Shown in pieces: positions 1-9,849 of a stretch of DNA of 14,891 nucleotides; within the stretch, counting starts at the first letter, position 1; each line of letters opens with the position of its first letter. The notes below the pieces were generated by a model that saw only the letters and a list, made by a program, of their open reading frames with translations, did not search any database and was not told the DNA's origin. Origin of the DNA: Paecilomyces variotii (taxonomy: Eukaryota); the NCBI GenBank assembly GCA_004022145.1, contig RCNU01000053.1; one strand, written 5' to 3'. The position numbers and the translations under genes were made by a program.

Positions 1-1650
1 TATTTATTTATTTAAAATAGCTTTAATCTCTTATTTTAATTTATTATCTATTAAGATTAAGTCTAAATATTTAAGTTTAGCCTTAAGTCTTTAATAGTAG
101 GGCTTTAATAAGAAAATATAAAAGATTAAGTATATTTTACTTAAGTTCTTTAAGAGCTTAAATTAATAAGCTTAAGTTTTAATTCTCTTTATAACTTTAT
201 AAAGTCTTAAATATTTTATATTTAGTTTCTTAATTAGTTAATTTATTTTTAAGTTCTTTATTAAAAGATAGACTTAATCTTTTATTATATAGAATTTAAG
301 CTTATATTTTTTATTATAATATTTCTATTATATAATAATAGCCTTTTAAAGAGATTTTTCTAATTAAGTATAAATCTTAATAAGTTTCTTTAATTAATTA
401 TTAATTATTAATATATTTATTTACTTCTTAAAGTTATATTTATTTTAACTTCTAAAGTTAAATTTATAAATAATATAAAAGAGACTTATACTTATAAAGG
501 TATAAATTAAATTATTATATATAAACTCCGCTATAGTTAATAAAAATATTTAATTATCTTACTTATAGTTTAAATAGACTTAAAAGTAATACTTTAATAT
601 TTAGTTTTACCTTTTAGTTTAGCTATTAATCTAGGAGTAAAATATAATATTTAAAAGTCTAGTAATTTAAATATAGTAGTAAAGTTTTATTTAGTATTTA
701 TTAATAAATAGTATACTCTTATTTAATATAATTAATTATAGAGATTTAAAGCAGTTATAAATATAATCTATAATAAGGTTAGCTATTTTATCTGCCTTTA
801 ATATTTTATAGATAAAGATATAAAATACTATTTTTAAATAATAATCTATAATTATTAATATTAAATTATAAATAACTCTTTATTTCTCTAATAATAATAG
901 TCTTATTATAAAATTTATTAAGATACTTTATTATAATTATATTAAGATTAATAAAGACTTTAACTCTTTATATAGCTTATATTATAGAGTTTAATTTCTC
1001 TAGCAGATATTATATATAGATATATACTCTTATATATTTTATATTATCTTAAGCTAGTTAAATTTTTTTTAAAGTAACTCTTTAATTTTCTTAATATTTT
1101 AATACCTTATATAAAGGTTATTATAATATATTTAAAGGAGCTCTTACTTTATAGTAAATATATTTAATATAAATATAATATTATTCTTTTATAATAGTCC
1201 TTTATTATTTATTCTCTATATTATCTCTAAGCTATCTTTAAGAATATATACTTTTAGTTCTTTAATTTTCTTTAAGATAAAGGTATTTCTTATTTAAAGC
1301 TACTTTAATATAAAGAATAAGCTAGGAGTTATAGTATTTTAAATAAACTCTTCCTTAATTATTTTAATAATTAGTATTTTTTATACTAAGTATTTTAAAC
1401 TACTTATACTACTTATTTTAATAAGTTTATACTTTAAATTACCTTCCTATATATATCTATTCTAAGCTTTATATTAAAGCTTTTTCTAGAGAGTTAAAAA
1501 TAATTCTATTTAAGATTTAGATTTAAATAATTTAAAATTTACTCTTTTAAATAAAGTATTTATAGTATTAAGTTATTTTAGCTTATATTTAATTTAAAAA
1601 TTATATACTACTAATAATTTTACTTACTAAGCTTATTTATTATTTAATAT
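1..1650 (-). pseudogene. Ty3/gypsy element B, 3' part of pol (end of RNase H, integrase, start of chromodomain); RIP-inactivated, runs off the left edge
   Basis: Minus strand near 585-655 reads NIIFYS*INS*TKR*N*ILKYYF (de-RIPed [23 protein letters not shown]). Near 450-540 it reads LTIAEFIYNNLIYTFISISLF (AEFAYNNS.H.STG.SPF). Near 97-138 it reads KIYLIFYIFLLKPY (KIHPIFHVSLLEPY). Near 1-40 it reads K*EIKAILNK (EWEIEAILD, chromodomain start). Confidence 0.92.
1646..1650 (+). repeat. Left target-site duplication (AATAT) of copia element A
   Basis: AATAT at 1646-1650 matches AATAT at 6971-6975. Removing the element plus one copy restores a continuous gypsy RNase H frame. Confidence 0.85.
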
Positions 1651-1923
1651 AGTTAAAAAGAATAGGTTTAAATAGAATTCCTAGACTATTTAACTATCTC
1701 AGAGGGCTAATAATACTCTAGGAGAAAGAGTATTAGCGCATATAGTAGATATAAAGTATATTAACATTTTCTTAGTCAGGGCAATAAATTTTTATATAGA
1801 GCTTAGGAAGTAGTTTCTTTAAGCTGCCTAATTTTATTAAAGTAAAATTATTACTAAAGACTTTTTTAAAGTAAAATTTTTATTATATTAGAAATTACTA
1901 GTCCTAACTGCTATTTTATAATA
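1651..1923 (-). repeat. 3' LTR of copia A (273 bp)
   Basis: Ungapped match to 6698-6970 (offset 5047) with 24 mismatches by hand count, all transitions. Preceded on the minus strand by a purine tract. Confidence 0.97.
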
Positions 1924-1934
1924 CTTCTCTTTAA
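1924..1934 (-). promoter_or_regulatory. Polypurine tract of copia A
   Basis: Minus strand TTAAAGAGAAG lies immediately before the 3' LTR and is compatible with a RIPed TTGAGGGGGAG-type PPT. Confidence 0.8.
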
Positions 1935-3860
1935 TCTAGATTTATTAAATTAGTTAATCTTAATTAATTTAAGAATCTTAGGAAGTTTACCTTTAGCAGT
2001 AATTTAGTAAAACTATCCGCTATTATATCTTATATTTTAATAAACTTAATACTAATTCTATTCTTTTAATATAGGTTATATATATAATAATATATAATAT
2101 TAATATGCTTTAACCTCTTATAAATATAGGTATCTCTAATTAATAATAGTAATATTTAATTATTCTTATAGACCTTAACCGGAGAACTAATAATAAAAGC
2201 TTACTCTTCTCTTATTATTAGCTTAAATTTATTTAGATTAATATAATATCTATATCTTATATTTCTTAAAAGAAGGGCTAATTATTAAGACTGCTTTATA
2301 GCTTAATATATAGCTATATATTTAGCCTCTATAGTTAAAGTTATAATAGACTTTTGTTTTTTATTTAATTAGCTTATTAAGCTATTAGCTAAAATAAAAA
2401 TATTCCCTAAGATTAATATCTAATTAGTCTTATCTATTATATAATTTAAATTTAAATATTTAATAAGTTATTAGTCTTAGTTTATATTAAACTTAAGACC
2501 TAGATATATAGTTAATTATAAATATCTTATAAGAGATTTTAGTGCCTTAAAATGCCTTTTAAATAGATTTAATAGATATTAACTTAATCTGCTTATTATA
2601 AATATAATATCTAGTCTTATTAAAATTATTAAATAGATTAGGCTATTAATAATTTTTTAATACTCTCTCTAATCTGCTTTTTTATCTTAAAAGCTAAATA
2701 ATTTTAGAAAGTTATATCTATTTAATAAGATATTAACTAAATATACCTTCTTTTTACTTATTTTATATTATAATAAAAATTTTTTAGTATAGTAAGATTA
2801 GTCTATTATTAATATTTAGTCCTACCTATTATAAATAACTTAAATATTAAAAATCTTCTTTATTTCTTCTAAGTCCTTTATCTTATATATTAATTTAAAC
2901 TCTTATTTAAACTAGTAAATACTCTCTATTTACTTTATATTAATTAGAATATTATTAATATATACTAGGAGTAAAATCTCTTTCTTTAAGTATTATAATA
3001 AATATAGATTAGTATTAATTTATATAAAATCTATTTTCTAGAGTATTTTTATATAAGTTTAATTCTAATCCCTTATAGCTTACTTTAGACTATATAGAGA
3101 TTAAAGAACTTTTAATATTATTTTTAGTAATATATTTATTCTTAATAAAGGTATTATATAGATTTCTTTTTTTAATATTAATTTTATAAAGGTATTATTA
3201 ATATCTATAGTATAATACTTATAATCTTTTATTATAATAATAGCTAAGAATATTTATAATATATTATATTATAAGATAGAAGTAAAAGTATACTTAAAAT
3301 TAATACTATATTTCTAAATAAATCTTTAAGTAATAAAGTATACCTTAAGCTTTTAAAGGGAACTATTTAAATTATGCTTTATAGCTAATACTTAATAGCT
3401 AGTTATAATATTAGCTCTTAGTAATAGTATAATTACTTTAAAAGTTTTATTTACCTAAAGTATATTTATTTTAATTTTAAATATATTCTACTATAGTTTA
3501 TTTTAAGTAGAGTTATTAATTATAGTATAATATAAGTTTAAGATTAAAATATACTTCTTTACTATATATACTGCTATTATAGCATTTAATACTTATTCTA
3601 TATACTCCTTTTAGTCTGTATTAATACCTAGAGATAGGAGATTTAGTATAAGTATTACTTAATATAACTTCTTAATATCTTATTTATTATTTAATAACTT
3701 AATTTCTTTTCTTTTATATTTTACTATATAGGGGATCTCTATATAAGATATAATTTATTTGCTTAGCAAGGATAGAGAGTTTATTTATAAATTCTTATAA
3801 TTATTTAGATTATTAGAGTAAGAATAATTAAATATCTTTTCTTATTCTATAATTTTATTA

Positions 3861-3940
3861 TAATAAAAAGCTTCTTTTTTTTTTTAAGGAAATATTTTAA
3901 TTCCCTTTTAATAAAATATTTCTTTTTTTTTAAGGAAAAA
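3861..3940. repeat. Imperfect short tandem repeat in the IN-RT linker of copia A
   Basis: Two units of TAATAAAA..(pyrimidine run)..AAGGAAA, starting at about 3861 and 3909. Confidence 0.55.
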
Positions 3941-5009
3941 CTAGAACTTTTTTATAGCTCTTCTCCTAATTATTAATATTATTTTTTTTTTACTTAAGAG
4001 TATATATATACTTAAGGTAATAGGCTAGGTTATTAATTAACCTTTTAAGTTCTTTATTAATACTATATTTAGCAGTAATCTTTAGGGAATCTTAAGGTTT
4101 AAATCTCTTTTTAGTTTATTCTTAAAAAACTTAGCTTAATAAGTTTTAATAGTCTTTCTTATATTTAAAGCCTAAACTTTTTATTATTTATTTATTCCCT
4201 TAATATATTTTATAAAAATATAGATTCTGCCTTAATTTATTAATTTATCTCTCTATATATCTTATAGCAGAGATTTTGGGTTTATATATAATATTACCTA
4301 ATATCCCTATATTTTTAAGTAATTAATTAATAGCTTAACTTTAGTAAAAGCTTCCTTTAAAGATATTTAAATCTTATTAATTATTAGTTTATTTAATACT
4401 CTATTTTTAATATATATATTAGTTTAAGCTATCTCTACTTATAATTTAACTAATAGGTTTAAATCTTTAAGTATAACTCTTATTTTTTTCTTAATAATCT
4501 GATATACTTATTTTATAGCTCTGTTTTATATTAATATATATAGAACTATTAGTTTATAGTAAGTACTAAACTATTTCTTTTAGATTTTAAAAAGATTCTT
4601 AAGTTCTAGTATATTATCTAATTATATACTAAGAATTTAAAGATTTATTATTATTTTAACCTTTTTTTTCTATTTATTTAAAATAAGGGCAGTATTAGAT
4701 TTAGCTCTTATTAAAAATACCTATATTTTCCTTAAGAAATTATCTATAATTATTAAGAAATAGATATATCTATCTTTAGATTCTAGTATTTAACTATATA
4801 TATCTATATAAATAAGTTTAAGAATGCTAGTTTTTTATGCACTAATAGCCCCTTTTTTATTTTTAATATTAGCTATAGTATATATTATATACTAATAATC
4901 TATTACTACTTTAATAGGCTTCTTTAATATAGTTAAATTATATAAGTTTCTGATTTTTTTAAGTCTAAGATAGCTAATTCTCCTATATTATAGCTAATAC
5001 TTCTCTTAG

Positions 5010-5067
5010 ATTTTATTTTAATAAAATCCTTCTTTCTTCTTAATTTTATTTTAATAAAATCCTTCTT
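5010..5067. repeat. Tandem duplication with 33 bp period upstream of the integrase Zn finger in copia A
   Basis: ATTTTATTTTAATAAAATCCTTCTT occurs at 5010-5034 and 5043-5067. Confidence 0.8.
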
Positions 5068-6685
5068 CTTAATCTATAATTATAGTATTAAGAGTATCTT
5101 TAATAGAGATTAATATAATAAATATATACTGTAACTTAAGTATTTAGTCTAGGAAAACTCTTTTAATAATATAAACTCTATATTTAATAGCATTTTAAAT
5201 TATAACTTTATCTAACTTATTTAATATAGATATTATTCTTTTATTAAAATATCTGTATATATTTAACTGCTAGCAGAATATCTTAGTTAATAGGAGATTT
5301 ATCTTAAGGTTTAATATAAGTAATATATTTTCTAGGTCTAATACTTTCTTATCTTTATTTTTTAAAATAGCTATTCTTATATATTCTAAATATAGGATTC
5401 CTCTGCTTATATAAATATATCTTTATTAAATCTAAATTAGTAATCCTTTAAAATAATAGTTTTTATTAATTATATATAAACTAATACTGCTATCTATATA
5501 TTATTAGAATAGATTCTTACTAATAATATTTTTTAAAAGATAAATAATCTTATATAAGACTTAGTTATTAAAAGTAATTAAAATTAAAGATTTTAGTTAA
5601 GATTAGCTCTTTTTAAAGTCTAAGATTTTTTCTATATTATATATCTTATGCTTTTTATTTTTTAAACTTTTATTCTTTAAGAATTAAATCTTTTTATAAA
5701 TTTTATTAATTATCTCTATTATTATTTTATCTTAAATAATAAGATTATTAAATATTTACTTAAGAGACTTCTTTCTCTATCTTTAGCTATTTTTTACACT
5801 TCTTTAAATAATAGATAAGAATAGGTAATTTTTAATATAGTAATCTTCCTTGCAGATATAATATTTAATAAAAGTTTATTTATTTTTTACTAAGAATATA
5901 GTAGTTAATTTTATCTAAAATTAAGTCTTTATTTCTTTTAAGATAGCTAGAATATTATCTATTTTTAGATTTTTATATATATTAATTACTACTTTAATTA
6001 TAATATACTCTTTAAGTAATATTAAAAATAATTATTATATTTTAGCCTTAAGCTTAGCTAAAAAAGATATTATGCTATTAAATATTATAATTCTTTTTTT
6101 TATCTATTATAATTAATTTTAAATATTTAAGATTATTTATCTAGGAGTTATTTAAAAATATATAAATAATTAGATAAGTTAGCGCTTTTAATTAAGGAAA
6201 GTTTCTATATATTTTACTTGCAGAGCCTTTTATAATATATATATATTATTAAAGTTAATAAATCTATCTTAATTATCTTTAGATAGATATTTAATAATCT
6301 AGTATTAAGTAACTATATTGGCCTTATTAAATTAGTTATTATATAGTTTTTTAGTAAACTTAATAACTCTCTAATAATCTTTGCTAATAAGCTATCTTTT
6401 TATATAAATAAATTATTTCTTATAGTTCTCCTTTAAAAAGATAAAAATAGATTTCTCTTTCTTATTTTTAATATTATCTATTAAAGATATAATAATAACA
6501 GGTTAATATTCTAGCCTTTAATAAGATTTAACCCTTATTAGATTTAGTATTTAATATAGCACTAGAGTAGTTTTATTACAGGTTCTCTTATATAAAGATA
6601 GCTTATTATTACTAGTTTAAACTTAAATATTTAAAATAGAGTAATTTTTATTATATAGCTATTTCTCCTAAGTTATTATAAACCT

Positions 6686-6697
6686 AGGCTTATAATT
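6686..6697 (-). promoter_or_regulatory. Primer-binding site remnant, internal initiator tRNA-Met (half-tRNA) type
   Basis: Minus strand AATTATAAGCCT directly follows the 5' LTR. It differs from GGTTATGAGCCC (complement of the tRNAi-Met anticodon region GGGCUCAUAACC) only by G>A/C>T changes. Confidence 0.8.
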
Positions 6698-6970
6698 AAT
6701 TAAAAAGAATAAGTTTAAATAGAATTCTTAGACTATCTAATTATCTTAGAGGGCTAATAATATTCTAGGAAAAAAAGTATTAGCGCATATAGTAGATATA
6801 AAGTATATTAATATTTTCTTAGTTAGAATAATAGATTTTTATATAGAGCTTAGGAAGTAGTTTCTTTAAGCTATTTAATTTTATTAAAATGAAATTATTA
6901 CTAAAGACTTTCTTAAAGTAAAATCTTTATTATACTAGAAACTACTAGTCCTAACTGCTATTTTATAATA
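6698..6970 (-). repeat. 5' LTR of copia A (273 bp)
   Basis: Direct repeat of 1651-1923. Followed on the minus strand by the PBS. Contains a TATATAAA box on the minus strand at ~6838-6845. Confidence 0.97.
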
Positions 6971-6975
6971 AATAT
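6971..6975 (+). repeat. Right target-site duplication (AATAT) of copia element A
   Basis: Identical to 1646-1650. Confidence 0.85.
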
Positions 6976-9521
6976 CTTTATAATAAAGAAATAATATAAG
7001 TTTATATAATTACTTTATATCTATATAAAATATCTATTATTCTTTAAATAATAATATTAATATTTAAAAATATTAATAATAGCTAGAAGTTCTTAATTAT
7101 AAATCTTATAATATATTTTAATTTTAGTAAACTTCTAGGTATAATATATTATAAAGTGCTAGTTCTTAAATATAGTATTATAATCTATTTTAATTTTAAT
7201 TCTTAGAGCTATCTTTAAATTAATATTTAAACTTATCTTATTATTATTTTCTTAAAGAAATATAATAATAAAGGTAAATCTTAAAGTATTAATTATAAGT
7301 TATATTAGCTTTTTTAAATTAAAGTATTTTAGTATTAGTAAAATTATAAATACTAACTTTAGCTTATTAAATACCTTTATAACCTCTTTAATTTAAATAA
7401 ATATTTTAATTTTCTTTCTTTAAATACTTTTTTTTAATTAATTAATTAAAAAAGCTATTTTTATAGAGTAGTTATAGATAAATCTTTTAAAAAATCTAAT
7501 AAATCTTAAGAAGACTTAAACTTTTTTAAAAGATTTAGGCTCTAGCTAATTTTTAATAGTTTTTATTTTATTAAGATTTATCTTTATTTTATCTTTTTTT
7601 ATAAAAAAGCTAAAAAATTTAATCTTTTTTTATAAAATTTATATTTAGATAATTTTATATATAATTTATATTCTTATAGTCTCTCTAAGACTTATATTAT
7701 ATATTTTTTATACTTTTTAATAAAGTTAGAAAAAATTAAAATATTATCTAAATATATAATATAATAGATATTTAATAACCTCTATAATATCTAATTAATA
7801 TAGGCTTAAAAAATAGCAGAAGCATTATATAGGCTAAATAATATAATTAAATACTTAAAATATCTATAATAGGTTTAAAAAGCTATTTTCTATTTATTTT
7901 TATAGCAGATTCTAATTTAATAATAAGTATTCTTAAGATTAAGCTTAATAAAGATTTTAAAGCTAACTAATTAATTAAATATTTTATTTACCTTAAGTAA
8001 AAAATATTTATTCTTTATAATAATACTATTTAAGGCTTAATAATTAATATAAAGCCTTAAAAATAAATAGAATAAGTACTCTTATAGAATTAGTTATAAT
8101 TATATTTACTCTTTCTATTATATATCTTTAAAATATTTATATAAAATATTAAATTCTTTAATAAAGAGATTATAAAATCTCTTCTATAAAAGTACTATAT
8201 TATTTAAAAGTTTAATCTTATATTTATTTATTTTAATAGATAATATACTTACTTCTTTCTCTAAAAAGACCTTTATATATTTCTTATATTTTAAAGGCAG
8301 GTTCTTTAAGATAATAAGGTTAATTTAATCTTTATAGAATATATAGATTATCTTTCCTTTTATTATCTTAAAAAATTATTAAATATTTTTAATCTTTATC
8401 TATAGCTATTGTAGAATATAATATCTTTAAATTATTAACTTTTAATCTATAATAAGATTAATAACTTATAACTATAATTTTTTAAAGATAATAAATAATC
8501 TAGATATTAGAATAATATAAAAATATATACTTACCTTTTTTATAGTTCCTTTAAAATTAATAATATAAATCTCTATTTTAAAAAATTTATACTTCTAAAT
8601 CTTATATCTATTAATAAATTTAAAGTTTATATATTACTAGAAGTCTAGGGGAATTTTATATTATATAATTATATTTAAGCTAATATAGTATTAAGCTAAA
8701 CTTAAATTAATAAAAGCCTTATCTTTAAATATATTATTAAATAAATAAAATTATACTAAAATATATAAAGACTCTTTATTTATTTTAAACCCTTTATTAT
8801 AAAGAGCTATAATAATCTTAGGCTTTCTCTTTTTAAAAGAATCTTTTTTTTTTAGATATAATTTAAACCTTTATATATAACTTTTTTTACTGCAGTTAAA
8901 GTAATAATCTTTTTTTAAGCTAATTTTATTTTATTAGTAATTTAAACTTCTTCTTTTAAAATTTATTTATCTCCTTATATTAATTATTAGTCTTCTTTCT
9001 CTTTTATTTTAAAATAAAGTCTTTTAATATACTTTATATTAATTTACTTATATTTAGTATAATAAGGAGGTTTAAGAGTTTATTCTTCTTTTAGTTTATT
9101 TCCTAATTAATAGCTAAAGATATTAATTAGTTAAAATTAGTTAAGAGGTTTTAATAGTTTAATAAGCTTATTTAAACTTTAAGTTATAGTTTTATTATAT
9201 AAAAAATATAAGATTAAATAATTCTATTATTATTAAATTCTTTATCTTAATTTAGCTCTATATAAGCTTATTTAAAATAGTATAAAAAAGCTTTAATAAT
9301 TTAATTTAAATATTAAGTTAAAATATAAAAGTAATTTATTATATTCTATTTCTAATAATATAGATTATTAAATAAGTTTAATAATTAACCTTTAAATCTA
9401 TTTTAAGTTAATATCTAGAAGTTAGAATTTTTTTATTAGTAAATTTAAGATTAAGCTAATTCTTTATCTAGTAAAGTTATAATATAGATAATTTTCTTAT
9501 TTTTTATTTTAAATAATAAAG
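6971..9521 (-). pseudogene. Ty3/gypsy element B: 5'-interrupted gag, protease, RT and most of RNase H; RIP-inactivated
   Basis: Gag-like ~9250-9519 (de-RIPed F.TEDEKIIYA..LL.GE.AQSW...LTWDGFK.WLLNLFDDP). Knuckle YFNCSKKSY ~8877-8903 (CFNCGKKGH). Protease AFINLSL ~8697-8717 (AFIDSGS). RT: LYINY*ALN ~8028-8054 (LCIDYRALN), YRYFKYLIILFSLYNASAIF*AY ~7800-7868 (YGHFEYLVMPFGL.NAPATFQAY) and YLDN 7743-7754 (YLDD). RNase H: *ELLAIINIFKY*YYYL ~7045-7095 (QELLAIV.AFKHWRHYL). Confidence 0.94.
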
Positions 9522-9811
9522 TATTATAAGCTAGATATTTATTTATATACTTAATATAGTATAGAGGATAAAGAAGTTATCTTTCTATTAGCTATATAAG
9601 GAAGTAACTATATAGCTAATTATTGCCTAAGGCTTTTATACCTTATATCTTTATACTTTATTAAGATAGTAAGCAGGCAATATTAAGGTAATATTATACG
9701 CCTATATCTATATTAATATACTCTCTCTAAGAAAAATATTATTATCCTTAATAATAAAATATAGAAATATATATATAGATATAATATAAGATATAGTTAA
9801 ATATTTTTATA
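9522..9811 (-). repeat. Probable 3' LTR of element C (about 290 bp; right boundary uncertain)
   Basis: On the minus strand it follows the purine tract AGGAGAAGATAAA, starts TATAA (RIPed TGT..) and ends AATAAATATCTAGCTTATAATA (polyA-like signal then RIPed ..AACA). No partner LTR is in the window, so this is inferred. Confidence 0.6.
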
Positions 9812-9825
9812 ATTTATCTTCTCCT
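9812..9825 (-). promoter_or_regulatory. Possible polypurine tract of element C
   Basis: Minus strand AGGAGAAGATAAAT lies shortly after the chromodomain and adjoins the putative LTR. Confidence 0.5.
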
Positions 9826-9849
9826 ATACTTAGTTTATAAGAATTAATA

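Larger units (their letters stand above)
1935..6650 (-). pseudogene. gag-pol polyprotein remnant of copia A (ends approximate)
   Basis: Zn knuckle ~5825-5863 YYICKEDYYIKNY (CYICKEDH....C). Protease ~5470-5503 *YIDSSISLYI (WYIDSGASSHM). Integrase: L*YRRISYL ~4967-4993 (LWHRRIGHL), LIYIDIYS...YFLIIIDNFLR ~4730-4816 and LYILI*NRAIK* ~4508-4545 (PYTP.QNGAAER). RT: KVYFIT*RFI* ~3315-3347 (KARFVAQGFTQ), SLYSLK*A 3077-3100 (SLYGLKQA) and VYINNIL with YINN at 2951-2962 (YVDD). RNase H: KHI 2102-2110 and ADSFTK 2003-2020 (ADGFTK). Many TAA/TAG stops. Confidence 0.95.
1651..6970 (-). mobile_element. Full-length Ty1/copia LTR retrotransposon (element A), RIP-inactivated
   Basis: Two 273 bp direct repeats, TSD, PBS and PPT. 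Domain remnants occur in the copia order gag-PR-IN-RT-RH on the minus strand. Confidence 0.97.

Noticed and set aside
9621..9682. Inverted repeat TATTGCCT (9621-9628) / AGGCAATA (9675-9682)
   Set aside because: Only 8 bp, inside an LTR-like segment, with no evidence of function.
9522..9756. 5' LTR of element B, bounded by TATTAT..ATAATA inverted ends
   Set aside because: B's gag starts mid-domain directly at 9521 with no PBS or leader, while C's chromodomain and a purine tract lead into this segment. It fits better as C's 3' LTR. Not fully excluded without the partner LTR.
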